Positions 9,928-19,304 of a stretch of 39,742 bases of DNA are shown in pieces. The DNA is from Rhizobiaceae bacterium (GTDB lineage Bacteria > Pseudomonadota > Alphaproteobacteria > Rhizobiales > Rhizobiaceae). Numbering within the stretch: position 1 is the first letter of the stretch; every line of letters begins with the position of its first letter. Location of the stretch: NCBI GenBank assembly GCA_036479095.1, contig JAZGFF010000029.1, forward strand, positions 1 to 39,742, written 5' to 3'. A program made the translations under genes and the position numbers. Below the pieces are notes generated by a model. That model was given only the letters and a program-made list of their open reading frames with translations, was not told the origin of the DNA and ran no database searches.

Positions 9928-9942
9928 CCACCCGAAACTTGC
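9928..9942 (-). promoter_or_regulatory. Putative Cada2-type autoregulatory binding site (GCAA-N4-CGG)
   Basis: Minus strand reads GCAAGTTTCGGGTGG, 60 nt upstream of the Ada-like ATG. Matches my recollection of the Caulobacter Cada2 GCAA + CGG boxes. Confidence 0.6.
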
Positions 9943-9953
9943 AGCTTTAATTA

Positions 9954-10421
9954 TTATTTCGCGCTGGCTAAGGCTCTTTGAAATGCAAACGCAAAGCTTT
10001 CCCGGTCTTGCGGGTTTAAAAAATACCCAAATTCCACCTGTTTTTTACGGTTACATAGGCGCATCATTGTAATCCCGATTTCTTTATGACGATCGATTTC
10101 AAAGCGGGTTCCAAATTGGGGAAATTCGTAAACTCTCTCGACCCCCTTGTGACTTACTTTTTTGAAAAACACCCGGTGCGCGGATATTGCAACATCTTCA
10201 AAGGCTCGAGCCGCTCGATAATTGGATTTGAAAGCCCAATAGATCAAAATGAAATCCAAGCCCATGAAGCCGATGATCGGCCAAAGACCGAGGGAAAAAA
10301 AGAATAGCCCGATCGCTAAACACATCACCCCGATAGAACCAATAAGAATTTTATACCCTTGCTGCCCTAAAGAGCGGTAGGGGGTGAGCCGGGCAGAAAA
10401 AATGATGTTGTCTGAAATCAT
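9954..10421 (-). CDS. DUF2244 family integral membrane protein
   Basis: FSARLTPYRSL...LWPIIGFMGLDFILIYWAFKSNYRAAR...FLNPQDRESFA; divergent from nth as usual. ATG at 10421 (or 10427) preferred to 10472, which would overlap nth. Confidence 0.85.
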   Translation of the reverse strand: MISDNIIFSARLTPYRSLGQQGYKILIGSIGVMCLAIGLFFFSLGLWPIIGFMGLDFILIYWAFKSNYRAARAFEDVAISAHRVFFKKVSHKGVERVYEFPQFGTRFEIDRHKEIGITMMRLCNRKKQVEFGYFLNPQDRESFAFAFQRALASAK

Positions 10422-10426
10422 AGGCA

Positions 10427-10435
10427 TAGTATAAA
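10427..10435. promoter_or_regulatory. Overlapping bidirectional -10 elements between DUF2244 and nth
   Basis: Minus strand TATACT (10433-10428) lies 6 nt before the ATG at 10421. Plus strand TAGTAT/TATAAA (10427-10435) lies just before the ATG at 10444. Confidence 0.5.
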
Positions 10436-10443
10436 TGTTTGTT

Positions 10444-11181
10444 ATGAGTAGAACACCCAAAAAGAAAACCAAAAAACGGTTACCCCGCGCTCGCTATACA
10501 AGAGCAGAAATGGGCGAAATTTTTGCCCGCTTTAAGCAACAGCGCCCAGAACCAAAGGGTGAATTGAATTACCTTAATCCATACACCCTAATTGTGGCGG
10601 TTTTACTATCTGCGCAAGCAACGGATGTTGGAGTAAACCGGGCAACGGCAGCACTTTTTAAGGCAGCAGATACGCCCGAGAAAATGTTGGCATTGGGCGA
10701 AGAGAAGGTTCGCGATTATATCAAGACAATCGGGCTTTACCGCAACAAGGCAAAAAATGTGATTTTGATGTCGCGCCAGTTAATTGAGCAGCATGGCAGT
10801 GTGGTGCCGCGAGACCGTGATACCCTGACGAGCTTTGCAGGAGTTGGTCGCAAGACCGCGAATGTCGTGGTCTCGATGGCTTTTGGTCAAGCCACCATGG
10901 CTGTTGATACCCATATCTTTCGGATTGGCAACCGAATGGGTCTTGCGCCGGCAAAGACCACGGACGAGGTGGAAGATATTTTGATGAAACGCATCCCCAA
11001 AGAATATCTCTACCACGCCCATCATTGGCTCATTCTCCATGGTCGTTATACCTGTAAAGCGCGAAAGCCTGAATGTGAGAATTGTATTATTGCTGATTTG
11101 TGTAAGTCAAAAGAAAAGAGTTGTTCGATTCCAGCACCAATCGTTAAATTGGAAGAACAAACCGTTTCCCATCCATCATAA
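10444..11181 (+). CDS. nth: Endonuclease III
   Basis: LLSAQATD, HhH GVGRKTANVV, AVDTHIFR and Fe-S motif CKARKPECENCIIADLC. Start 10444 (alternative 10435). Confidence 0.96.
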   Translation: MSRTPKKKTKKRLPRARYTRAEMGEIFARFKQQRPEPKGELNYLNPYTLIVAVLLSAQATDVGVNRATAALFKAADTPEKMLALGEEKVRDYIKTIGLYRNKAKNVILMSRQLIEQHGSVVPRDRDTLTSFAGVGRKTANVVVSMAFGQATMAVDTHIFRIGNRMGLAPAKTTDEVEDILMKRIPKEYLYHAHHWLILHGRYTCKARKPECENCIIADLCKSKEKSCSIPAPIVKLEEQTVSHPS

Positions 11182-11218
11182 TCGAGTTAGACTAAGATAA
11201 AATAATAAGGATTTTCCC

Positions 11219-12160
11219 ATGCCACTTCGTATTGCTGTGCAGATGGATCATATTTCAACGGTCAATATTTCTGGTGATTCTACTTTTGCTCTGCTGTTGG
11301 AAGCCCAGTCCCGCGGCCATGAATTGTTTCATTATGAGGTTGATCGCCTCTCTATGCGCGATGGTCTGGTGTATGCCGACTGCGAACCCGTTACCGTTCG
11401 AGATGTGGAAGCAGATCATTTTACCCTTGGAGCCCCTAGCCGAGAAAATTTAGGCGATATGGATGTTATTTTAATGCGCCAAGACCCTCCTTTTCACATG
11501 GGTTACATTACCGCCACCCATCTGCTGGAACGACTTCACCCAAAGACCCTCGTTGCCAACAATCCAGCAGAAGTACGCAATGCCCCTGAGAAGATTTTTG
11601 TTACTGAGTTTCCTAAGTTAATGCCGGAAACATTGATCACCCGCTCTGGTGATGAAATTCGCAAATTTCGGGATGAGTTCAAAGACATAATTATCAAGCC
11701 TCTTTATGGTAACGGTGGCGCTGGGGTCTTTCGTATTCAAGAAGGCGACCAAAACCTCTCCTCTTTGCTGGAAATGTTTGAAGCGACCTGGCCAGAACCA
11801 TTTATAGCCCAGCGTTATATGAGTGAAGTGCGTGCCGGTGATAAACGAATTATTTTGATTGATGGCAAAGCCGTTGGTGCAATTAATCGCATTCCTTCTG
11901 AAAATGAAGCCCGTTCTAACATGCATGTGGGCGGGCGCGCCGAGGCGATCGAGATGACGAAGCGGGAGGAAGAAATTTGTGAAGCCATTGGCCCGGAATT
12001 GAAAAAGCGCGGGTTCATTTTTGTTGGCATTGATGTAATCGGCGATTTTATGACTGAGATAAATGTTACTTCTCCAACTGGAATTCGTGAGGTTAAAAAT
12101 TTTGGTGGCGCCGATATTGCGGCTTTATTTTGGGATGCGGTCGAATCTAAACGCCCTTAA
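11219..12160 (+). CDS. gshB: Glutathione synthetase
   Basis: [33 protein letters not shown] and EINVTSPTG. Confidence 0.96.
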   Translation: MPLRIAVQMDHISTVNISGDSTFALLLEAQSRGHELFHYEVDRLSMRDGLVYADCEPVTVRDVEADHFTLGAPSRENLGDMDVILMRQDPPFHMGYITATHLLERLHPKTLVANNPAEVRNAPEKIFVTEFPKLMPETLITRSGDEIRKFRDEFKDIIIKPLYGNGGAGVFRIQEGDQNLSSLLEMFEATWPEPFIAQRYMSEVRAGDKRIILIDGKAVGAINRIPSENEARSNMHVGGRAEAIEMTKREEEICEAIGPELKKRGFIFVGIDVIGDFMTEINVTSPTGIREVKNFGGADIAALFWDAVESKRP

Positions 12161-13038
12161 CTTTTCCGGATCATATCTTTTGCCGCAACCAATGCTCCAA
12201 GGGTGACAAGCAGGGTGGCAAAAATAATTATCCAGCTAAATTCCCCTTGCCCTGCCGCAAGGAGGGCGAAGGTTGAAAGGATGGGAGCTGCGTAACTTGC
12301 TGCCCCCAATAGTTGGATATTTCCTCGTTTCACCCCGTGATCCCAAACGTAGAACGCCAGCCCAACAGGCCCCAAACCAAGGCCAAGAATGGCTAATCCT
12401 TGCCCATAGTTTTGCGGCCAAATGCTGGTTTCCAAACTCAAGTGAGCAACAGCGGCAAGCAGTGCCGTGAGAGCGCAAAATCCAGTCACAACCTCACTTG
12501 AAACAGTTGCAAAATGACGCGACAGAACCGAATAAGCGGCCCAGATAATTGCACAAAGGCCAGCAGCTGCGTAGCCCCAAAGATGTGTGGAATCAAACGC
12601 AAATAGCCCACCTTTGCTGATAATCAACACAGCACCACTAAATCCGATAAAGCCTCCAAGCAGGTGATGGAGCCTTAACTTTTCGCCCGGTAGCAGTGCT
12701 GAAAAGAGGATGATCAACAACGGCCAAAGATAGGCAATCAACCCTGCTTCAATGGGGGGAGCATTTTGAAGGGCGGTGAAATAGAAGAAGTGATAACCAA
12801 ATAAGCCGCCAACCCCCAGCAACCAAATGTGAAGGGGTTGGCGCAAAGCGGCAATCGATTTACCGGTTTTTACCATGCCAATAATTCCAATTACACTTGC
12901 AAGAGCAAAGCAAATTGCGGTTAATTGGAATGGCGGGATGGCACCACTTAAACTTGTCAGCAAGGCCAGCAGTGACCATAGCACGATGGCAATCATGCCA
13001 ATCAATGTTGCCCTGTTCTCAGGTGTGCCTGTACTCAT
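12157..13038 (-). CDS. DMT/EamA family transporter (YddG-like)
   Basis: About 10 TM segments; [27 protein letters not shown] and WDHGVKRG. Confidence 0.88.
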   Translation of the reverse strand: MSTGTPENRATLIGMIAIVLWSLLALLTSLSGAIPPFQLTAICFALASVIGIIGMVKTGKSIAALRQPLHIWLLGVGGLFGYHFFYFTALQNAPPIEAGLIAYLWPLLIILFSALLPGEKLRLHHLLGGFIGFSGAVLIISKGGLFAFDSTHLWGYAAAGLCAIIWAAYSVLSRHFATVSSEVVTGFCALTALLAAVAHLSLETSIWPQNYGQGLAILGLGLGPVGLAFYVWDHGVKRGNIQLLGAASYAAPILSTFALLAAGQGEFSWIIIFATLLVTLGALVAAKDMIRKS

Positions 13039-13048
13039 TAAACCTATA

Positions 13049-14593
13049 CTAAGCCGCCGTTTCTTCTGCGATTCCAGCCATTAACAGGCCCAGTTCATTC
13101 TCGCTTGTATCTGGTGCCCTTTCGCCAACAATTTGGCCATCAAACATCACCAACACACGGTCTGCTAAAGAGCGGATTTCATCGAGCTCCACCGAGACTA
13201 GCAGCACCGCTTTTCCTGCATCACGCATTTCGATTATGCGTTTATGAATAAATTCAATGGCACCAACATCAACCCCCCGCGTTGGTTGGCCGATCAGCAG
13301 AACCACCGGATCCCGTTCCATTTCCCGCGCCAGGACAATTTTTTGCTGGTTTCCACCCGAGAAATTTGAAGTTTTTAATCGCGGATTGGGTGGCCGAATA
13401 TCGTACTTCTGGATCTTATCCTTGGCCTCTTCCAGTATGGCATCGACCTGCAGAAATGGCCCGGAAATGAAATTTTTATCACTGTGATACCCAAGAATGG
13501 CATTTTCATTTTCTTCAAACGGCAAAACCAAACCCTCGTGGTGACGATCTTCGGGGACATGAGCCAACCCTCGTTCACGAAGAACTGCTGGATCAGCAAC
13601 GATCGGCCTGCCATCCATCGTGATTGTGCCCGCCTGCGTTTTCACCATTCCTGCAATTGCTTGCAGTATTTCTGATTGGCCATTCCCGGCCACTCCGGCG
13701 ATTCCGACAATTTCACCAGCGCGGACATTGAAAGATACGTTTTTGACCATATCCACCCCGCGACCATCTCGCACAGTCAGTCCTTGTACCTCAAGTTTCA
13801 CATCCCCTGGATGGGCATCCCCCTTATCTACGTGTAACAACACCCGCCGCCCTACCATCAGTTCTGCTAATTCTTCTGCGCTGGTGTTTACCGTTTGGCG
13901 CGTGGCCACCATTTCACCCCGGCGCATCACCGAGACCTCATCTGTGATCGCCATGATTTCGCGCAGTTTATGGGTGATCAACAGCACGGTTTTCCCTTGC
14001 GCTTTTAATTGCTCAAGAATGCGGAATAAATGATCAGCCTCTGCTGGGGTTAAAACCCCCGTTGGCTCATCCAATATCAGCACATCAGCCCCACGATAAA
14101 GCGCTTTCAATATTTCTACCCGCTGCTGTAGACCAACAGGCAAGTCTTGAATAAGCGCGTCGGGATCAACCTTCAAACCATATTCATCCTCAAGCCGTTG
14201 CAATTCTTTGCGGGCTTTTTGCATCGAGTGGTTGAGAATATTTCCCCCTTCCACCCCTAGGATAATATTTTCTAGAACCGTAAAATTTTCGACCAACATA
14301 AAATGTTGGTGTACCATGCCAATACCCAGCTTGATCGCCGTTTGGCTATCGGGAATGACGGTAAGCTCCCCCTTCATTTTTATCCAGCCGCTATCCGCTT
14401 GATAGAAGCCATATAAGATCGACATCAAGGTAGATTTACCGGCGCCATTCTCGCCGATAATGCCATGGATTGAACCAGGTTTAATCACCAGGTTGATATC
14501 TTTATTGGCCTGAACTGGGCCAAAAGATTTACTAATTCCCGATAGCTCAATGGCCGGTGGATTTATTGTTTGTTGATTTGGTTTTTTACTCAT
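13049..14593 (-). CDS. ABC transporter ATP-binding protein, nucleoside/sugar (CUT2, NupA-like), two ABC domains
   Basis: Walker A GENGAGKST, GMVHQHF, LILDEPT, SGGNQQK and QPTRGVDVGA. ATG at 14593 preferred (ORF extends to 14629). Confidence 0.93.
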   Translation of the reverse strand: MSKKPNQQTINPPAIELSGISKSFGPVQANKDINLVIKPGSIHGIIGENGAGKSTLMSILYGFYQADSGWIKMKGELTVIPDSQTAIKLGIGMVHQHFMLVENFTVLENIILGVEGGNILNHSMQKARKELQRLEDEYGLKVDPDALIQDLPVGLQQRVEILKALYRGADVLILDEPTGVLTPAEADHLFRILEQLKAQGKTVLLITHKLREIMAITDEVSVMRRGEMVATRQTVNTSAEELAELMVGRRVLLHVDKGDAHPGDVKLEVQGLTVRDGRGVDMVKNVSFNVRAGEIVGIAGVAGNGQSEILQAIAGMVKTQAGTITMDGRPIVADPAVLRERGLAHVPEDRHHEGLVLPFEENENAILGYHSDKNFISGPFLQVDAILEEAKDKIQKYDIRPPNPRLKTSNFSGGNQQKIVLAREMERDPVVLLIGQPTRGVDVGAIEFIHKRIIEMRDAGKAVLLVSVELDEIRSLADRVLVMFDGQIVGERAPDTSENELGLLMAGIAEETAA

Positions 14594-14692
14594 AGATAAA
14601 AAGCTAGCATGGCTTTTCTCGCGCGTCATCTCGACATTGAGAAAAACCTTGGGCAGAACAGTCTAACCCAATATCCATATTCAGTGTGATCC

Positions 14693-14902
14693 ATGAAAAC
14701 CGATGATAACCGACTACAAGAATTAGAAGAAACGGTTGCCCATCAAGCAGCCGATATCGATAGCCTTTCTCAAACCGTCAATGAGCAATGGAAGCAAATA
14801 GATGCCCTAACAAAAGCTTTCCTGCGGTTTAGGGATCAGTTGAGCGACATGGAAGAGGGCGGCAATGGCCCCCATGAAAATACTAAGCCTCCCCACTATT
14901 GA
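14693..14902 (+). CDS. slyX: SlyX family protein
   Basis: RLQELEETVAHQ...LSQTVNEQWKQID coiled coil and C-terminal KPPHY. Confidence 0.93.
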   Translation: MKTDDNRLQELEETVAHQAADIDSLSQTVNEQWKQIDALTKAFLRFRDQLSDMEEGGNGPHENTKPPHY

Positions 14903-14974
14903 TACAAAACGTCATTGATCATCGCACAAGCAAAAACCCTCCCCACAGCCTGAACCGCTAGAGTAAACATCATT

Positions 14975-15290
14975 TTGCCCCCAGTTGGGGACGGCAGAGC
15001 CTGTTGGCATCGCCAACAAAGCTTTAAATAAAATAACAGCGTCACCCACAGGCTCTGCCCCGGCATTGTTTATCGTTCCACTTTCCATTCACACACCACT
15101 CACTGGCTAAGTCCTCGTTTAAAAGAACCCGTGAACACGGTCAGGCAGGCTGGCTTTTCAACCCTGCGGCACTGATCCTAAGTTCGCTCGATGGGCTGGC
15201 AAATACCAAAATGCCAACCCATCGAATCCGGACCCAATGAAATGACGTTGGTGATCGGCCACGTCCCCGTTTCATCAGGCGTGGGTAGTA
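14975..15290. ncRNA. Candidate structured non-coding RNA or repeat element (family unidentified)
   Basis: At least five stems in a 530-bp gap, including perfect 12-bp 14993-15004/15048-15059, 14-bp 15188-15201/15212-15225 and a multi-part 15232-15286 hairpin. No credible CDS. Confidence 0.45.
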
Positions 15291-15354
15291 TGGGGGAAGA
15301 GGGAATGACGGGGATAAGTTTTTTTGGAAAATATTTTAATTCGAGATTTACCCG

Positions 15355-15392
15355 CAGCTTACGGGGTAGCGGGAGCATTAAGCTGTTTTTTT
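15355..15392 (+). terminator. Possible intrinsic terminator
   Basis: CAGCTTA (15355-61) / TAAGCTG (15379-85) stem followed by T7; the loop is long (17 nt). Confidence 0.35.
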
Positions 15393-15432
15393 AACAAACT
15401 TTGTCTCCCCCATTCTTTCGCCCTTGCCCTGC

Positions 15433-16647
15433 TTAGCTCGCAAGATCAGCGATTACCGCATCCAGCACCAGCCAGCCGGCAGGGGTTGCTCGGAGTCGAT
15501 TGTTGGGGAGTTCTTCTACCATCTCGTGCTCAATCATATCGGCCAAGCGTTGCGGGTCAATTGTGGTGTTGGTGATGCGTTGATAGCGCGCGATGTCCAT
15601 ACCTTCGCGAAGGCGCAGCCCCATCAAAAGCATTTCATCAGCCGTATCTTCATAGGTAAGCAGCTCATTTTCAACCATGCCGTGGCCCTGTTTTTCAACC
15701 AGATCAAGCCAGCTTTCTGGATGCCGTTCAGCCGTGGTGGCGTGCCGCCCATCATTCATTTTTAATCGCCCGTGGGCTCCAGGACCAATGCCCGCCCAAG
15801 TACCAAATCGCCAATAGGTAAGATTGTGACGGCTTTCGTGACCAAGTTTGGCATGGTTGGAAATCTCATAGGCGGGCAGGCCAGCAGCAGCGGTGATATC
15901 TTGAGTAAGTTCGTATAGTTGTGCAGCTTGTTCCGGGTCAGGAACGATAATTTTTCCCCGCCTATGCAAATCATAAAATGGTGTACCCTGTTCGATCGTT
16001 AGCTGATAGAGCGACAGGTGATCGGCGGCAAGTTCGATTGCTGATCGCAATTCTTTTTCCCAACCATTGAGGCTTTGATTGGGGCGGGCATAAATTAAAT
16101 CAAAGGAAAGGCGGGGAAATATATCCCGCGCTAAGGCAATCGCAGCCCGGGCTTCATTGGCACTATGTTGACGCCCCAAAAATTTTAATTGCGCATCATC
16201 CAGCGATTGAACCCCCAAGGAGACGCGGTTTATTCCTGCCTTTCGGTAGGCTTTGAATCGACCGGCTTCGACGCTTGTCGGGTTGGCCTCCAGGGTGATT
16301 TCAATATTCTTAGGTACATCCCATGCCTGATTGATTGCAACTAAAATACGCTCGACAGTCTCCGGCTCCATTAACGATGGGGTGCCGCCACCAAAGAAAA
16401 TTGAACTGACTTGCGTGCCCGGTTGCATGGCTGCCATGTGGGCGATTTCTTTTTCAAAACCACTGGCAAACCGAGATTGATCAATCGGCTGATGGCGGAC
16501 ATGGGAGTTAAAATCACAATAGGGGCATTTTGCAGCACAAAATGGCCAGTGCACGTAAATACCAAATCCGGGGGTACCATCATCATTATTGGGGGCATCG
16601 TTCGCTGACGTGTTGGTTGCAATCAAATTAGCCAAGGCGTTCATCAC
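15433..16647 (-). CDS. hemW: Radical SAM heme chaperone HemW (HemN-like)
   Basis: [17 protein letters not shown] (CxxxCxxC), FGGGTPS, YEISNHA, RHNLTYW; follows rdgB. Confidence 0.92.
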   Translation of the reverse strand: MMNALANLIATNTSANDAPNNDDGTPGFGIYVHWPFCAAKCPYCDFNSHVRHQPIDQSRFASGFEKEIAHMAAMQPGTQVSSIFFGGGTPSLMEPETVERILVAINQAWDVPKNIEITLEANPTSVEAGRFKAYRKAGINRVSLGVQSLDDAQLKFLGRQHSANEARAAIALARDIFPRLSFDLIYARPNQSLNGWEKELRSAIELAADHLSLYQLTIEQGTPFYDLHRRGKIIVPDPEQAAQLYELTQDITAAAGLPAYEISNHAKLGHESRHNLTYWRFGTWAGIGPGAHGRLKMNDGRHATTAERHPESWLDLVEKQGHGMVENELLTYEDTADEMLLMGLRLREGMDIARYQRITNTTIDPQRLADMIEHEMVEELPNNRLRATPAGWLVLDAVIADLAS

Positions 16648-17290
16648 CTAATTGAGCTGCGGCAAATAAAGCAAAGGCACGGGCGCGATGGGAAAGCGGT
16701 TCGTCCCCCTGCCCCATTTTCCAACCATGTTTTTCAGTGGCGCTCATCTCTCCAAAGGTGCGGGAATGGCCGTCCGGTTTAAACACAGGGTCGTAGCCAA
16801 AACCTTGGCTTCCGCGCGGCGGCCAGACCATCTGACCATGGGCTTCGCCGCGATAATATTCCGCATGCCCATCGGGCCAACACAGGCAAAGTACAGCGCA
16901 AAAATATCCCCGCCGCTCCACAGGGTCAGATGCGCCTTTCTCGGCCAGTGCCTCTTCTACCTTGTGCATTGCCATGAAAAAATCACGGCCTGAACCGTCG
17001 TCTTTTTCCGCCCAGTCGGCGGTGTAAACACCCGGATCACCATCAAGCGCTTCAACGCAAAGACCGCTATCATCGGAAAGGGCAACCCGATTGGTAGCGC
17101 TCGCTGCTGCATAGGCTTTTGTATAGGCATTGGCTTCAAAGGTGGTGCCATTTTCTTCAGGTTCCGCTAGTCCCCGTTCTGCCACCGATGAAATGTTGAA
17201 ACCGAACGGCTCCATTAGCTCGCGGATTTCCACCAGCTTACCAGAATTATGGCTAGCAAGAATAATTTCACGGGTTTCAAGTTTACGCAT
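16628..17290 (-). CDS. rdgB: Non-canonical purine NTP pyrophosphatase (RdgB/HAM1)
   Basis: [29 protein letters not shown] and SHRARA. ATG at 17290. Confidence 0.95.
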   Translation of the reverse strand: MRKLETREIILASHNSGKLVEIRELMEPFGFNISSVAERGLAEPEENGTTFEANAYTKAYAAASATNRVALSDDSGLCVEALDGDPGVYTADWAEKDDGSGRDFFMAMHKVEEALAEKGASDPVERRGYFCAVLCLCWPDGHAEYYRGEAHGQMVWPPRGSQGFGYDPVFKPDGHSRTFGEMSATEKHGWKMGQGDEPLSHRARAFALFAAAQLGDERLG

Positions 17291-17299
17291 GGCTGACAA

Positions 17300-18010
17300 T
17301 CAAACAGAGAGGTTTTGCAAAGCAACCAATTCGCTAATGCCTTTTTTAGCCAAACCCATCAACTTGCCAAATTCTTCTTCGCTGAAGGGTGCGGCTTCTG
17401 CGGTGCCTTGAATTTCCACAATACCGCCTGAACCAGTCATGACAAAATTTGCATCAGTTTCCGCTTCTGAATCCTCATCATAGTCTAAATCCAGAACTGG
17501 ATTGCCGTTATAGATACCACAAGAAATGGCGGCCACATTATCTTTCAACACATTGCCGCCAATCATCGAGCGAGCTTGCATCCAATCAAGACATTCTTTC
17601 AAAGCCACATAGGCTCCGGTGATGGAAGCGGTGCGGGTGCCGCCATCCGCTTGAATGACATCGCAATCGAGCGAAATTTGCCGCTCTCCTAAGGCTTCCA
17701 TATCAACCACAGCGCGCAAGGAACGGCCAATCAGGCGTTGTATTTCTTGTGTGCGACCCGATTGTTTACCAGATGCTGCTTCGCGGCGCATACGGGACCC
17801 AGTAGAACGGGGCAGCATGCCATATTCAGCCGTTACCCAACCCTTACCACCGCCACGCAACCACGGTGGAACCCTGTCTTCTAAACTTGCGGTGCAAAGC
17901 ACATGGGTGTCGCCAAATTTAATCAAACAAGAACCTTCAGCATGTTTAGAAAATCCTCTTTCAATTGTGACGGCTCGCATTTCATCAAGGGCGCGTTTTG
18001 AGGGTCGCAT
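17300..18010 (-). CDS. rph: Ribonuclease PH
   Basis: [45 protein letters not shown]. Confidence 0.97.
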   Translation of the reverse strand: MRPSKRALDEMRAVTIERGFSKHAEGSCLIKFGDTHVLCTASLEDRVPPWLRGGGKGWVTAEYGMLPRSTGSRMRREAASGKQSGRTQEIQRLIGRSLRAVVDMEALGERQISLDCDVIQADGGTRTASITGAYVALKECLDWMQARSMIGGNVLKDNVAAISCGIYNGNPVLDLDYDEDSEAETDANFVMTGSGGIVEIQGTAEAAPFSEEEFGKLMGLAKKGISELVALQNLSV

Positions 18011-18159
18011 ATTGTTGTCCTATTGCTGGGTTTATTGGTTTTATTATTTGCGAATTTTAGCTCTTGTAACCATAGGCTTGGTAAGACGCTAGGGGGTCAA
18101 GTGCAAGATTTCTTTTCTTTCCCCTTTCGCCTCGTATTTATGCCCCCTATATTCATGTT

Positions 18160-19251
18160 ATGAATGTGATCCACCCTTCTTTTGGTAATGCTGGCATGCC
18201 TCCAAGCTCAGATAGCTTGGATGAGCGCTCCCGTGAGATTTTCAAACATATTGTTGAATCTTATTTAGAAACCGGCGAGCCGGTCGGGTCACGAAATTTA
18301 GCGCGGCAATTAGAGATCTCTCTTTCCCCAGCCTCGATTCGTAATGTCATGTCCGATTTGGAGCATTTGGGATTAATTTTCGCGCCGCATGTTTCAGCCG
18401 GGCGCCTGCCAACAGAAATCGGCCTGCGTTATTTTATCGATGGTTTTTTAGAGATTGGCGATTTAACCAGCGATGAACGCTCCAACATTGATTTACAGGT
18501 CAAAGCTGCTTCGGCAGATAAATCGGTTGAATCGATGCTCCGTGAAGCCAGTAAATTCCTTTCTGGCCTTACCCAAGGTGCGGGACTGGTGATTGCCGGC
18601 AAAAATGATGTGCGTTTGAAGCACATTGAGTTCGTTCGCCTAGAAGCCACAAAAGCACTGGTAGTGATGGTGGGCGAGAACGATACGGTTGAGAATCGAA
18701 TACTCGAATTGCCCTTGGGGCTTTCGGCTTCAACCCTGATTGAGGCCTCAAATTACCTGAATGCTCACATCGCAGGCCGCACTTTAAGCGAGGCGCGATT
18801 GGCCGTTGGTGCGAGCTATCATTCTGCTCAAAATGAGTTGGATGCTTTGGCGAAGTCTCTCGTTGACCAAGGCTTGGCAACCTGGGCTGGGGCTGCAAGC
18901 AATCACATGCCCCAACTCATTGTTAGGGGGCGGGGGAATTTGCTTGAAAATGTTGATGCACAACACGACCTTGATCGCCTCCGCCATCTTTTTAATGAGC
19001 TGGAAAGCAAAGAGGGTATGATGCAATTGCTTGATTTGGCTGAAACCGGGGAGGGTGTTAAAATTTTCATCGGCTCTGAAAACAAGCTCTTCTCCCTATC
19101 TGGCTCCTCCGTTGTTGTTGCCCCCTATCGTGACGGTGATCAACGCATCATTGGGGCGGTTGGGGTTATTGGCCCAACGCGGTTAAACTATGGGCGAATC
19201 GTACCGATGGTCGATTACACAGCACAGGTTATCTCAAAGCTTTTATCCTAA
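18160..19251 (+). CDS. hrcA: Heat-inducible transcriptional repressor HrcA
   Basis: YLETGEPVGSR, SPASIRNVMSDLE, PHVSAGRLPT and GVIGPTRLNY. Confidence 0.96.
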   Translation: MNVIHPSFGNAGMPPSSDSLDERSREIFKHIVESYLETGEPVGSRNLARQLEISLSPASIRNVMSDLEHLGLIFAPHVSAGRLPTEIGLRYFIDGFLEIGDLTSDERSNIDLQVKAASADKSVESMLREASKFLSGLTQGAGLVIAGKNDVRLKHIEFVRLEATKALVVMVGENDTVENRILELPLGLSASTLIEASNYLNAHIAGRTLSEARLAVGASYHSAQNELDALAKSLVDQGLATWAGAASNHMPQLIVRGRGNLLENVDAQHDLDRLRHLFNELESKEGMMQLLDLAETGEGVKIFIGSENKLFSLSGSSVVVAPYRDGDQRIIGAVGVIGPTRLNYGRIVPMVDYTAQVISKLLS

Positions 19252-19304
19252 AGCGCAAAATAAGCTGGGAAGAGTTAAGTCAAGTTGGGGCGAAGCGGGG
19301 CGAA

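Noticed and set aside
14888-14946. Direct repeat CCTCCCCAC (14888-14896 and 14938-14946) as a possible target-site duplication
   Set aside because: Both copies lie on the same side of the element, and I found no terminal inverted repeats.
15141-15165. Minus-strand AAGCCAGCCTGCC resembling the 3' B12 box of a cobalamin riboswitch
   Set aside because: Lacks the GAGACC core and the upstream GCCCCCGCAACTGT/GCCACTG elements, and there is no directly downstream gene on that strand.
15178-15394. 66-aa (-) and 67-aa (+) ORFs inside the intergenic element
   Set aside because: No convincing RBS or recognisable protein features, and they overlap each other antisense across stem-rich sequence. Not fully excluded without ribosome profiling.
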